Source: Eledone cirrhosa (Eukaryota). Taken from it: 64,000 nucleotides of DNA. The stretch lies in the NCBI GenBank assembly GCA_964016885.1, contig OZ024743.1, positions 176,390,001 through 176,454,000 on the forward strand, read 5' to 3'. Shown in pieces: positions 1 to 12,400 of the stretch (the first letter of the stretch is position 1; each line of letters starts with the position of its first letter). The position numbers and the translations under genes were made by a program. The notes below the pieces were generated by a model that had not been told where the DNA came from, did not search any database, and saw only the letters and a list, made by a program, of their open reading frames with translations.

Positions 1-12
1 ATAAAAATCCCA

Positions 13-255
13 ATGAACCTCTACCAAAAACTAAAAAAGGATTTTAAGGAGGACGTAGGACCACCCTCTGTCAAACCCATAAACCGCGTCCTACTAAAAA
101 GCTTTCCCCCTCCCCTTCCCCTCCCCAACACAACTCCAAACACCCCAACCCCACCACACACCGACGACCCCACACCACCACAAGACACCCCTTCACCCAA
201 CACCCCCGACCCCATGGAAGTCGTGCAACCCGAACCCCGGGAAGCGGAAAGGTAG
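13..255 (+). CDS. C-terminal part of Tx1 ORF1 protein (partial)
   Basis: FKEDVGPP..PINRVLLK and the Pro/Thr-rich end MEVVQPEPREAER* are homologous to the ORF1 end of copy E (23141-23404). Confidence 0.8.
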   Translation: MNLYQKLKKDFKEDVGPPSVKPINRVLLKSFPPPLPLPNTTPNTPTPPHTDDPTPPQDTPSPNTPDPMEVVQPEPREAER

Positions 256-288
256 GTCTCTACACTCTCCTTTGGCTCTGCCGCCCAC

Positions 289-3200
289 ATGGATGTGTTA
301 AGAGTAGGATGTTTGAATGCACGTGGCCTGGGCTCAACTTGGAAGCAAGCAAAGCTTCTAAATGACCTCAGGTCATGTAGTATAAATGTAATGGTTATCT
401 GTGAGACTCGAATCAGCGTCATGCGGCAGCTGGCCCCCACCTTCGATGACTTTGAGGTGCATGCATCTCTCTGTCAACCTGGAGGTGGGGGTGGGGTTGT
501 CGTGCTGCTGCAAAAACACCTGGGTCTTGCCGTACAGGTTGTGCACTCGGACCCGGAGGGTCGTTTGTTGGTGCTAGACGTTGGCAGTAGTGAAAGTGCG
601 GCCTTGAGACTGGTCGCCGTCTACTCCCCTTTCGGAGCTGAACGGCCCGACTTCTTCCAGCGTTTGGAGACTTTTCTGGGAACGTCGCGTTCCCTGCTTC
701 TAGCGGGGGATTGGAATGACATCCTAGATGCACGTTGGGACTATGCAGGAGCATGTCCTAATAGAGGGGGGTGTAACAGCCTCAAGGGGTTACTCGACCG
801 TTTTAACTTGGTCGATAGATATCGACTAGATTTTCCAACTGTGCCTACCTGGACTTGGAGAAACCACAGTGGTCAATCTAGATCGTACTTAGATAGATTC
901 TTAGTTAGAAGTAAGGATAGGGACATATTAAGCTGTCCAGAAATGCGCACGGTTGGCTACACGGATCACAAATTAGTGACCTGCGTGGTCAATCTCGAGA
1001 AAACACATAGACAGGGTCCCGGTTACTGGAAACTTAATTTGTCTTTACCGGCAAAAGAGACTTACAGAAACCGGATTAGCAGATTAGTTAAGGAGAGGTT
1101 GACGGGTGCAATCGTCAACAACCGATGGTGGGCATCTCTCAAAAGAGAGATTAGAACAGAATCAATAAGTTATAGCAAGATGTTAGCTGCCAATAGGAAT
1201 AGAAACGAGAAAGAATTAACAGGTAAATTAGAAGAGGCAATCAAGAGCGAAGATGTGGCCAGAGTGCTGGCATCGAGGACGGCCTTGAACCAGTTTTTCG
1301 ATGCAAAGCATGAAGGCTGCGTCATTCGAAGTAAAATACGTGCTCTAGGTAATGAGGGGGCCAAAGCCGTTGGATGGGCCCGCGTGACAGAAGCTAAAAG
1401 TGGAAATCGATCCACCATCCGGTCGTTGCAAGACGAAGATGGACGAGTGATCCGGGAGCCTAAGCAGATGTGCGAGGCCTTTCAAAAGCACTTTGCCCGA
1501 TTGTTCGGGGGAGGCGAGGGTCCGGGCCGGGGCGTGGATTTCGGTCCATACCTCGACGGCCTGCCGCGTCTCTCGAACAAAGAGGCGGAGTCCTGCGAGG
1601 GACCAATCTCGGCTGATGAGATCGGAGATGCGCTGAGCCAATGCAGCAGACGCAAATCTCCAGGTCTCGATGGTATACCTTACGAACTTTATTTAGCAAT
1701 GCCGGTCTTCTTCTCCGAACTCCTCGAAGCGGTCTACTGCAATTGGCAGCAGAACGGGAGAATTCCTTGTTCTGTAGCCAAGGGCGTAGTCACGCTGGTG
1801 AGGAAGGACGAGAACAAGGGGGATAGTATAAATAATTTTCGGCCCATAACCCTGCTAAACACAGAGTTAAAGATTTTGGCCAAGGTGTTAGCAAAGAGGT
1901 TGGCGCTTGTCGTGGGTGGCCTGGTGGGAGATGCGCAGACATGTGCTATCCCATCCAGGTCCATTCACGATAACCTCCACCTCATGCGATACATCATAGA
2001 GAGGGTTGGCAACAAACCCGGCTTCGGTGGGGCCCTGATCAACTTGGATCAGTCTAAGGCCTTCGATAGGGTCGACCATGGTTACCTGGATGCGGTGCTA
2101 GCGGCGGCTGGGTTCGGTCCTGTTTTCAGAGGCTGGATCACTGCCCTACATAGCAACCACATCTGTTCTAGGATCAAGGTGAACGGCTACCTTTCGAAGC
2201 CGTTCGAAATCACACGATCCATTCGACAGGGGTGCCCTCTCTCCTCCCTTCTGTACGTATTGACTCTCGAGCCTTTACTGAGGAAGTTGGAGTTGTTGCA
2301 GGGTATCCCCCTGGAACCAGGATTGAGCAAAGCGGTGTCGGCCTACGCCGATGACGTAACAGTAATGGTATCAACCGACTCGGAGATCGAGGCGATCGGT
2401 ACCTTACTGGAGGAGTACGAAAGGTTGTCAGGAGCGAAACTGAACCGGGAAAAATCCATCGGGCTGCAACTCGGAACGTGGAGAGGCAGACCGATGCCTC
2501 CCGATGGTGTCGTCGGACACTGGACGGAGGGCCCGGTAAAGTTGCTTGGGGTCTGGTTTGGACCGGACCTCCAGGTGGAAAAGAACTGGAACGAGGTTAC
2601 GAACAAGGTGTTTGCACTAACCCAGAAATGGGCCAAGTGTAAGCTGTCCCTAAAAGGCCGGGCGGAGGTGGCGAACATTTACATAGCGTCCGTCACTTAC
2701 TACCGCCTGACTGTCGTGCCTTGCCCTAAGGAAACACTCACCACCATGGAACGCATGCTCTTCCAATTTCTTTGGAAGAAGCGTCCTCCTATGGTGAGAA
2801 GATCCATCTGCTGCCAACAACCTTCGAAAGGAGGGCTGGGGATGCCGTGGTTGATGATGCGTAGGCACGCATTAAGGCTACGGCACCTACAGGTATTCCT
2901 CACTGGTCAACCGGTGTGGGCTCCGTTCGTGAAACGAGCCTTTCCGAGACTCGTCTCACTCACCGAGCTACAGTCCTGGGTCAAGCAAAGATCCGGAAAA
3001 CTGGGAGACTGGCACACTGAGTGTGCTCAGGCGCTCAGGGCTCTCTGGCAAGCGGGCCGGGCCATCGGTGGAGAATCCACCTCATCATTCTATAGAGGGC
3101 TGGTGGCTAGCAGGGGCGATGACACCCTTGGAGAGTCGCTGGACATGGAAGAAGACGAACTGGCCAGCCTGTTCGGTAGGACTTTCAGCCCAGGACCAAT

Positions 3201-3726
3201 GGACAACTTCCAGAAGTCACTGGCCTGGCAGTGCTACCGAGGGGCTCTACCCGTTCGAGAGAGGCTCTACAGACACGGGCGCCCGGGCAGGGATCCCTCA
3301 AAAAAGATTTGCCCTAGATGCGTGCGTCACGAAGAAACCGTGGCGCACGCATTGGTGCAATGTCCGGGCGTGGCTGATCTGTGGGGCTACGCCGAACAAC
3401 TGCTGTCGCGGGTGGCGCCGATTAAATTGACAGCCGAGTCCGTGATGACAATCAAACCGCCTCCCCTCTTCACAAAGGAAGCAAAGGCGGTTTTTCTGTG
3501 CGTAATAGCCATGTTGAAAGAGGTTGTTTGGTGGACACGATTGAAAGGTCTGAGGTCAGGCAACTTCCTCTCTGGCCATAGTCTGGTCTACTTCTTCCGA
3601 TATCACTTCGGAAGAAGGATAAGAATGGAGAGAGAGGTGCTTGGCCACAGGCAGTTTTATGAAAGGTGGGTGATAGTGGCGAGAATGGCTCGTGTAAATG
3701 GGCCTTCTCTGTATACCATCCTGTAG
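289..3726 (+). CDS. Tx1/L1 ORF2 polyprotein: APE endonuclease + reverse transcriptase + C-terminal Cys/His zinc finger
   Basis: Uninterrupted 1145 aa. APE motifs LNARG, CET, GDWN, YLDRF, TDH; linker GYWKLN; RT motifs KSPGLDG, FRPITLLN, LDQSKAFDRVDH, RQGCPLS, YADD; CPRC..ETVAHALVQC. Confidence 0.96.
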   Translation: MDVLRVGCLNARGLGSTWKQAKLLNDLRSCSINVMVICETRISVMRQLAPTFDDFEVHASLCQPGGGGGVVVLLQKHLGLAVQVVHSDPEGRLLVLDVGSSESAALRLVAVYSPFGAERPDFFQRLETFLGTSRSLLLAGDWNDILDARWDYAGACPNRGGCNSLKGLLDRFNLVDRYRLDFPTVPTWTWRNHSGQSRSYLDRFLVRSKDRDILSCPEMRTVGYTDHKLVTCVVNLEKTHRQGPGYWKLNLSLPAKETYRNRISRLVKERLTGAIVNNRWWASLKREIRTESISYSKMLAANRNRNEKELTGKLEEAIKSEDVARVLASRTALNQFFDAKHEGCVIRSKIRALGNEGAKAVGWARVTEAKSGNRSTIRSLQDEDGRVIREPKQMCEAFQKHFARLFGGGEGPGRGVDFGPYLDGLPRLSNKEAESCEGPISADEIGDALSQCSRRKSPGLDGIPYELYLAMPVFFSELLEAVYCNWQQNGRIPCSVAKGVVTLVRKDENKGDSINNFRPITLLNTELKILAKVLAKRLALVVGGLVGDAQTCAIPSRSIHDNLHLMRYIIERVGNKPGFGGALINLDQSKAFDRVDHGYLDAVLAAAGFGPVFRGWITALHSNHICSRIKVNGYLSKPFEITRSIRQGCPLSSLLYVLTLEPLLRKLELLQGIPLEPGLSKAVSAYADDVTVMVSTDSEIEAIGTLLEEYERLSGAKLNREKSIGLQLGTWRGRPMPPDGVVGHWTEGPVKLLGVWFGPDLQVEKNWNEVTNKVFALTQKWAKCKLSLKGRAEVANIYIASVTYYRLTVVPCPKETLTTMERMLFQFLWKKRPPMVRRSICCQQPSKGGLGMPWLMMRRHALRLRHLQVFLTGQPVWAPFVKRAFPRLVSLTELQSWVKQRSGKLGDWHTECAQALRALWQAGRAIGGESTSSFYRGLVASRGDDTLGESLDMEEDELASLFGRTFSPGPMDNFQKSLAWQCYRGALPVRERLYRHGRPGRDPSKKICPRCVRHEETVAHALVQCPGVADLWGYAEQLLSRVAPIKLTAESVMTIKPPPLFTKEAKAVFLCVIAMLKEVVWWTRLKGLRSGNFLSGHSLVYFFRYHFGRRIRMEREVLGHRQFYERWVIVARMARVNGPSLYTIL

Positions 3727-3968
3727 GTAAAGAAGTAAAGGAGAGGGGAGCACCTTCTCCATGTGCTCCCCGGGCAAAGGATTGCACACTTTTTCGGAGG
3801 TGTGTGCAACCCCCATCACGTCCCCTCCCTTTTGAGGTTATTTTCGATTATTTTCATGTTACACCCTTTTTACTCGATTATATGTAAACTCCCCCTTTGT
3901 ATTTGTCCCTTCTTTTTATGCCTTTATGGTAAATAAAGAAATCTATCTATCTATCTATATATCTATCT

Positions 3969-6409
3969 GCGTTGTCAGAAGCAAAATACGTGCTCTGGGA
4001 AACAAAGGAGCCAAAGCTGTTAGCTGGGCCCGAGTGACGGAGGCAAAAAGTGGCAACAAGTCCACGATTCGGTCTTTGAAGGAGCAAAACGGACGCGTGA
4101 TACGTCAGCCGAAGCAGATGTGTGCGGCCTTTCAGCGGCACTTTGCTCAACTGTTCGGGCGGGACGGCACGCCGGGAGGGGCTATGGATTTCGGTCCATA
4201 CCTCGACGGCCTACCGCGACTATCGGACAGCGAGGCAAAGTTCTGCGAAAAGCCGATTTCAGCCGCTGAGATAGGAGACGCATTGAGCCAATGAGGCAAA
4301 CGCAAATCTCCAGGTCTCAACGGTCTACCCTACGAATTTTACGTAGCAATGCCGGACTTATTCTCCGATCTCCTAGAAGCGGTCTACCGCAACTGGCAAC
4401 AGAACGGGAGAATTCCCAGTTCTGTAACCGGGGGCGTAGTCACACTAATCAGGAAGGACGAGAATAAGGGGGATGACATAGGCAGTCTAAGGCTTCGATA
4501 TGGTTGACCATCGTTACATGGATGCGGTGCTCGAGGCGGCAGGCTTCGGACCCGTGTTCAGGGGCTGGATTGCTGCAATGCACAACAACAACATCTGCTC
4601 AAGGGTCAAGGTGAACGGCTACCTCTCGGAGCCGTTCCATATTACGCGATCCATTTGACAGGGATGCCCTCTCTCCTTCCTTCTGTACGTACTGACTCTC
4701 GCGCCACTACTGCGGAAGTTGGAGCTATTGCAGGGCATCCCTCTGGAACCGGGACTGCGGAAAGCGGCGTCGGCTTCCGCCGACGATGTTACATTAATAG
4801 TGTAGAGCGCCTCGCAAATCGAGGAAGTCGGCACCTTACTGAAGGAATACGAAAGGTTCACAGGAGCGAAGCTGAACCGGGACAAGTCCATCGCTTTGCA
4901 ACTCGGATCGTGGAGAGGCAAACCGATGCCTTCCGATGGCGTCGTCGGACATTGGACGGAAGGACCGGTAAAGCTGTTCGGGTTCTGGTTTGGTCCGGAC
5001 CTCCAGGTTGAGAAGAACTGGACCGAAGTGACGGCCAAGTGGTTTGCACTCACACAGAAGTGGGCCGAGTGCAAACTATCCTTGAAAGGTCGAGCGGAGG
5101 TGGCGAACACTTTTATAGCGTCCGCCATCTACAACCACTTGACCGTCGTGCCTTGTCCAGCCAAAACGCTCGCCAAAATAGAACGCGCGCTCTTCCAATT
5201 CCTTTGGAAGAGGCGGGCTCCTTCGGTGAGAAGATCCGTCTGCTGCCAACACCCTTCTAACGGAGGGCTGGGAATGCCGTGGTTGACGATGCGCAAACAC
5301 GCGCTCAGGCTGCGGCATCTCTACGTATTCCTCACCGGACAACCGGTGTGAGCCCCGTTCGTGAGGTGAGCATTCCAACGACTCGTCTCGCTGACCGAGC
5401 TGCAGTCCTGGGTCAAGCAAAGACCGAGGAAAATGGGCGACTGGCACATCGAATGTGCTCAGGCACTCACAGCCCTCTGGCAAGCGGACCTGGCGAACAG
5501 TGGAGACTCCACTTCGTCATTCTATAGAGGGTTGATCCGCAGCAAGTGCGACGACGCGCTCGGTGAAACTCTAGGCGTAGAGGAAGATGAACTGGCCAGT
5601 CTGTTCGGTAGGACCTGCCGCCCGGGACCGATGGACAACTTCCAAAAGTCCCTGGCCTGGCAGTGCTACCGAGGAGCTCTACCAGTTCGAGACAAGCTCT
5701 ACAGACATGGGTGCCCGGGCAGAGACCCTGCAAAAAAGATCTGTCCGAGGTGCGTGAGAGACGAAGAAACCGTCGCGCACGCATTCATACACTGCCCGGG
5801 CGTCACTGACCTGTGGGGCTATGTAGAACGACTATTGTCGCGGGTGGGACCAATCCGGTTGACCACCGAGTCCATTATCATGATCAAACCGCCACCCTCC
5901 TTCAAAAACGAAGGAGAGGTGGTTTTCCTTTGTGTGATAGCTATGGCGAAAGAGGTTGTATGGTGGACAAGGTTGAAAGGGCTGAGGTCAGACACCTTTC
6001 TCTCCGGCCAACAACTGATTCTTTTTTTCAAATACCACTTTGGAAGAAGAATCAGGATGGAGAGAGAGGTGCTGTACCCCAGCAAGTTTTATGAAAGGTG
6101 GGTGAAAGTGGCGAGAATGGCCCGAGTGAATGGGCCTTCTCTCTATATCAGCCTGTAGGTTGAGGAAAAGGAGGAGGAGAGGAAAGGAGTACAAACTCTT
6201 CGTACTCCTGGAGATGAGGGTTGCACATTTTTTCGGGGGTATGTGCTACCCATATAAACTGTCTCCCCCTATTGGGGAAAATCGACTAACTTTTTAAATT
6301 GCATTTGTGATAACATTTTACACGTTTTTATTGTATGTAAACTTCCCCCTTTGTATTTGTCCCCTTCTTTTGTGCCCCTGTGGCTAATAAAGAAACATAT
6401 CTATCTATC
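3969..6409 (+). mobile_element. Tx1 copy B, 5'-truncated, decayed ORF2
   Basis: Starts directly after the ATCT tail of copy A, mid-ORF2 (CVVRSKIRALG). It has in-frame stops and an internal deletion near 4484, and ends AATAAAGAAACATATCTATCTATC. Confidence 0.92.
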
Positions 6410-6686
6410 ATACAGTCGTGTAAAAAATATAAAAACAAACAATTTCAACAATCGAAATCCCCAATAGGGGGGAGGCGCCACAAATGGGTTGTTTAATACC
6501 CTGTTCTATCGACGGGGTATTAAACAACCCATTTGTGGTGCCTCCCCCCTATTGGGGATTTCGATTGTTGAAATTGTTTGTTTTTATATTTTTTACACAA
6601 CTGTATGTAAAATCCCCGGCATGTCTTTGTATTGTCCCCTTTCTTGTTGCGCCCTTGTGGCTAATAAAGAAATCTATCTATCTATC
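6409..6686 (+). mobile_element. Tx1 copy C: 3'UTR-only insertion with a fold-back (inverted duplicated) 5' end
   Basis: Arms 6409-6501 and 6515-6607 are near-perfect reverse complements. The 3' end (TTGTATTGTCCC..GTGGCTAATAAAGAAATCTATCTATC) matches the other Tx1 3'UTRs. Confidence 0.85.
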
Positions 6687-6731
6687 CTCTCAACTAATCT
6701 CTATCCACCTCTTTTTATATATGTATATTTA

Positions 6732-6782
<51 letters not shown>

Positions 6783-6920
6783 ATAGATAGAGAGATAGAT
6801 AAATGGATATCAGCAGAAAATGCCGACCGGATAAACGACAGCTGCACCTTACCTCGTCAGTTATTTTACTGGCATTGCAATTTCGCACATTAATGTGGCA
6901 TTGCACTTGTGGTGCCTTAT

Positions 6921-7100
6921 AATTGTTTCTATTTTAGGCACAAGGCCAGCAATTACCCAGTACATTACTGGTACTTTATTTTATCGACCCCGTAAGGATG
7001 AAAAGCAAAGTTAACCTCGACCGTATTTGAACTCAGATCGTAAAGGGACGTAACTATGCTGGAAAGCATGTCCGACCCTCTACCGATACTGCCAATCCAC
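6921..7100 (-). mobile_element. tRNA-derived SINE with Deu/Nin-like core
   Basis: Reverse complement of GGTGGATTGGCAGTATCGG..GAGTTCAAAT..GCTTTTCATCCTTACGGGGTCGATAAAATAAAGTACCAG. About 25 copies occur in the window. Confidence 0.8.
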
Positions 7101-7523
7101 CGAATGTTAGCGCCACTGAGAAAAGCTGGGCTATTGAATAGATTAGCTATGTTCCATTTGACATAGATGACTCTACACACAAGATCCTACTCTGCTTTCT
7201 GTAGTGCCAATGTTGTTGATTCTATATGTGTTTTTATGTAGTTTCTTATACAAATATATTGCTGGCATATTATATTTTTGATATTGTAATAATTTCTGAT
7301 TGTCTACCTCGCTTATAAATGCATCTATCATTCTGTCGCTATTTTAGTGAATGTGTGTGTTTACACGTGATTTTACACACACCCATACATCCTCCATGTA
7401 TATATATATATATATATATAAAAAGAAATCTTGCAAAACAAATATAGAAACGAAGTATATATAAATATAAAAATGTGTGTGTGGCTTTATATACATATAT
7501 AAACATGCGCGCATATATATATA

Positions 7524-7587
<64 letters not shown>

Positions 7588-8379
7588 TGTTGTTTGTGTT
7601 TATATTTCTCGTGTTTTCCAATCATGTTTCATTTTCTTTCTGGAGATGAGATAAGAATAAATGCGATAAATAAAACCCAACATCTACTCCATGATTTATT
7701 TCTATCAAATATTATAGATCTTAAAATATGAAGCAAAAACTAACAAATAAATAAGAGCATCAAGAACAAAAGCACAAACAACGACAACAACACCACTAAT
7801 AACATTGAAAGCAACAACAAAAACACCAACAACGACATTGTAATAGTATCTATAGAAGGAGGACATTTATGGACCCTTGATACAAAATTTTCAGATCCAG
7901 CACCCAGTATACACGTTCAGATCGATATCCAGCAATTTTAGAGGTCCAAGATATACACCAACCTGTCTACATTACAAGATAACTAATCTATGATTCTTGG
8001 AGCATGAACGAACCTCCTTAAATCTCCATATGTTGAATCTTCAAAATCTCTCAAATAATCTTAAGATTCAAAGAATGAACTGCGTAAGAGATGACAGAAA
8101 TTTCCTTTTGTTTTTAACAACATTGGCATCTGAATGATATTTGGTCAAAATAACTGCATCAGTTGTTAGCTGTCGGGACACTGCATCCTTCAAAACTTCC
8201 ATCCTTCTCGGAATTCGTCAACATTACACCTGTTATTACCCCTCTATACACACGTACGCATGTGTGTGTGTCTGTGTGTGCCTGTGTGTGTGCCTGTGTG
8301 TGTGTATGTCTGTGTGTATATCATGACTCATACACTGTGCACTTGCCTGACTTTTGTATATTATTCTATGTACTATGGC

Positions 8380-8568
8380 GGTGGGTTGGCAGTATCAGTA
8401 GAGGGTCGGACGCCTTGCTTTGCAGCATAGAGTTACGCCCCTTTATGATCTGAGTTCAAATCCCGCCGAGGTTAGCTTTGCCTTTCATCCTTACGGGGTC
8501 GATAAAATAAATTACCAGTAATTTACTGGGGTAATTGCTGGCCTTGTGCCAAGAGTAGAAACAATTAT
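8380..8568 (+). mobile_element. Deu/Nin-like SINE
   Basis: Same consensus: B-box-like GAGTTCAAATCCC, core GCCTTTCATCCTTACGGGGTCGATAAAA, tail GCCTTGTGCCAAGAGTAGAAACAATTAT. Confidence 0.8.
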
Positions 8569-8669
8569 TCTATGTACTATACATGCACATTTTATAAGTT
8601 GTAGCGCACGTGAACACTGTACACAATTAGTTTATGGATGCATGTATGTACGTATGTATGTATGTGTGT

Positions 8670-8986
8670 ATGGGGGACGAACACGGCAGAGCTAACGGCC
8701 AGCTAAATAGTATTTTTTTTTTGTTTTGTTTTTTGCATTGGAGTTAAAGGCCCCCAGTTGTTGTCATAACACCTTTGTAAGAGGGGGAAACTCTGAAAAA
8801 AACCCCAAAAGAGAGTGGGATTGGTCGAGTGCAAGGCCTTTTCCCACTTAAAAAACTTCAAAGCACAGGCATTGCTTGTTCAGGATATGTTTCAGGTTCG
8901 TTTGGCTGGCCGTAGCCTAAAAGTGCACCATTTTCTGTAATCTGACAAGCGATTGCAATACTCCTAGCAGAGTTTGCAGAAATCAT
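8670..8986 (-). mobile_element. Probable LINE 3' fragment inserted in (ATAC)n
   Basis: About 310 bp of unique sequence flanked on both sides by (GTAT)n. A short minus-strand frame ends at 8858. Family not recognised. Confidence 0.35.
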
Positions 8987-9508
8987 GTGTGTATGTATGT
9001 ATGTATGTATGTATGTATGCATGTATGTATGTATGTATGTATGTATGTATGCATGTATATAATTATGCACATATGTTTGTATGTATGTAATTATGTACAT
9101 ATGTATACATGTATGTATGTATGTATGTATGTACATATGTATGCTTGCATGTATGTATGTATGTGAATGAGTGTGTATGTATGTATGTATGTATGCATGC
9201 GTGTGTGTCTCTAGAATACTGAAGTGTGTAGTGTGTTAAGAAATATTGTATTAGTTTAATATCATAATGGAGATGAAGGCGTTACTGACATGTTCCGAAT
9301 TTAAAATCTGCTGAGGTATATTGTGTGTCAATAGAATTGTTGTGAAACATCACAGTAAAACGTTTCACACAGCGAGAACCTAATGGACGTACGTAGGAAT
9401 TAGGATAAGTATATAAGTATATGTATACATACAGGTAGGTATATTGTGTGACTGTGTTTCTACTCGATTATACGCACATTTACACATAGAAACATGTGTA
9501 TATTGTGA

Positions 9509-9567
<59 letters not shown>

Positions 9568-9783
9568 TACAGAGAGAGGAGTCGGAAGAGAGAGGGAGAT
9601 AGACGTGTTAGTTTATACGTACTCATACAGACACACACACACACACATACACGCACGCACGCACACACACACACATACATGTGTTCACTATTAAGAAATA
9701 GTTATTTCTGGCTGTTAGTACTCAGTGCAATTCACGCTACCAGAATTTGTTCGTGATAAACGTGATGCGAATTTGTGTGAATA

Positions 9784-9816
<33 letters not shown>

Positions 9817-10055
9817 TATATATGTATATGTGTGTGTGTATACGTGTGTATATATGAATTTAAATATATATATATGTATATAGATAGATATATATAAATG
9901 AATATACACAGGTGTGTATGATTGTGTATAGAAGATTATATTAATAAAAGGAATTCGAACTTTGTCTGATTTACTCGTTTTATTTACAATCTTTTAAAAT
10001 TATAATGATATTAAAATGAAATAGTATGGTAGAATATTAAATGTTAAGTGTTAAT

Positions 10056-10094
10056 TGAACAAGTACTTTCATGCTTTCGCAATCTTCAGGTTCA
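10056..10094 (-). ncRNA. Minimal type I hammerhead ribozyme (PLE-type)
   Basis: Minus strand TGAAC-CTGAAGA-TTGC GAAA GCAT-GAAA GTAC TT-GTTCA: stem I TGAAC/GTTCA, CUGANGA and GAAA cores, palindromic stem III. Confidence 0.8.
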
Positions 10095-10417
10095 TATTCT
10101 GTGGTGACAGTCAAGTTTGAAATTTTCAACTGACAGTTGAAAATTATCCAGTGAATTTCCAACCGACCGATAAGGTATGATTTTCATGGGTACGTCTCTA
10201 TTTATGAAACAAACTTTGTATTTTATCTGATGAAAGCGTACTAATGTTGTCTTGGTTACCCTTGAAATATATATAATAAAATAAATATGGTTTTATAAAT
10301 ATAGTTTCCATTTATTTAATATCATTGAATATTTACTCCAGTAAACTGTTGAGTGCTCTAAATCAGTTATAAACATTTATGTTTGTCGGACTTCCAACAA
10401 ATTAAATACAACTTTTA

Positions 10418-10717
<300 letters not shown>

Positions 10718-11189
10718 TGTACTTTTCTTTTATATGGAAGAGTCATTTTGCTGTCAGTATTCAGTATGATTCGTGCCATGAAATTTCAGCTCACTTCAAG
10801 AAATTCTACACAATGGCAAGGTATGATTGAATGTCAATAAAGTATCAGTACGATAACACACAGAATGTGGTATTAAATTGCATGCCTTTATTTTATATTG
10901 AAGGCATGTCGTGCAGTCTTTTGAGTTTTGAGCTGACGTTTATTGGGTTTCGGGTACGATTCCTGGGGGTCCAGAGTTGCCTTGTGATCTTGTTCAAAAT
11001 AATTTATATTTTGCTCCTTCAGCCAGGAGTTTCGATCAACAGATAGGATCAACAATGGAATCATTGCTTTGATCTCATTGGATCTTCAATTCTGAGTTCA
11101 AATACTGCTGAGGTTGACTTTGTCGTTCAAACACCTGAGAATGGATGTGGTCCCTGAACATTTGGTTCCATCCCTCTAAATTTCTACCA

Positions 11190-11300
<111 letters not shown>

Positions 11301-11780
11301 GAGAGAGAGGGAGAGAAATGTAGTCTTAAATCTGTTAGCTATATAGACATTGGATTATAAATATTTAAGTGCATGTGTCCCAATGCCGTTACACACACAT
11401 ACACACACACATGTATATATATATATATTGATAATTGGCATTGAGTACATATAAAGCAATCAATTTCTCACTGTATATTCTACTATTAAGAAATACTTCA
11501 ATTTTGTCACACCTTATTTCAAATAAGAACTCCAGTGGAATCTAATATAATGGTTAATATACATGGAGAGGTAAACTGGATTTGATTATTGAATGATAGT
11601 AAAGTAATTATCTGAGTTAATGTTTGGTCTCACGTGAATCAAGATGACATTTCTCTATATAAGACATCAAATTAATCTCAAGAGAAAAATGTGTTATTTT
11701 AAAGGAAAAAAAACCCACACATAATTTTCGTATGTGGTCTCCTCTCCCCGCTTTGTATTCACTTCCATGCAGAGACTAAT

Positions 11781-12400
11781 GGTGGCGTGGCAGTATCGGT
11801 GGAGTGTCGGACAACATGATTTGCAGCATAATGTTATGGCTCTTTAGGTTCTGAGTTCAAATTCCGTCGAGGTTAGCTTTGTCTTTCATTCTTACGGGAT
11901 TGATAAAATAAAGTAACAGGGGTCGATTTAATCGGCTTTCCCCTCTCCCAAAATGTTGTTGGTCTTGTGCCTAAATAAGAAACCAATATTTTGTTCTTGC
12001 AAAGATGGTGGAGTGGCAGAATCGTTAAACATGCTTTGTGGTATATAGTTACCACCCTTTACGTTCTCAATTTAAATACCGCCGAGGTTAGCTTTACCTT
12101 TCATACTTACTGAGTCGATAAAATAAAGAACCAGTAACGCACTGGTTTCGATCTAATCCAGTTCCTCTTCCCTTTAAATTGCTGGCTTTTTGCCAAAACA
12201 GCAACAATAATTTAGTCGTTGCAGGGGGTGGTGTTCAATTGACGGGGTCGTTAGGACGTCAGACAGAATGAGTTCAAATCCCACGGAAGTTAACTTTGAT
12301 TTGCATCCTTCCGGGGTCGATGAATTAAAATAACTGTCAAATACTGTGATCGATATAATCGACTTTCCCTCCCTATTAATTGAGGGCATTTTGCCTAAAT
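11781..12400 (+). mobile_element. Three tandem Deu/Nin-like SINE copies (diverged)
   Basis: Repeated GAGTTCAAAT..TTTCAT..GTCGAT(A/G)AA cores at about 11781, 12005 and 12225. Confidence 0.7.

Larger units (their letters stand above)
1..3968 (+). mobile_element. Tx1/L1-clade non-LTR retrotransposon copy A (5' end outside window)
   Basis: ORF1 C-terminus, intact ORF2, 3'UTR with AATAAA at 3932, then an (ATCT)n tail at 3941-3968. Confidence 0.93.
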
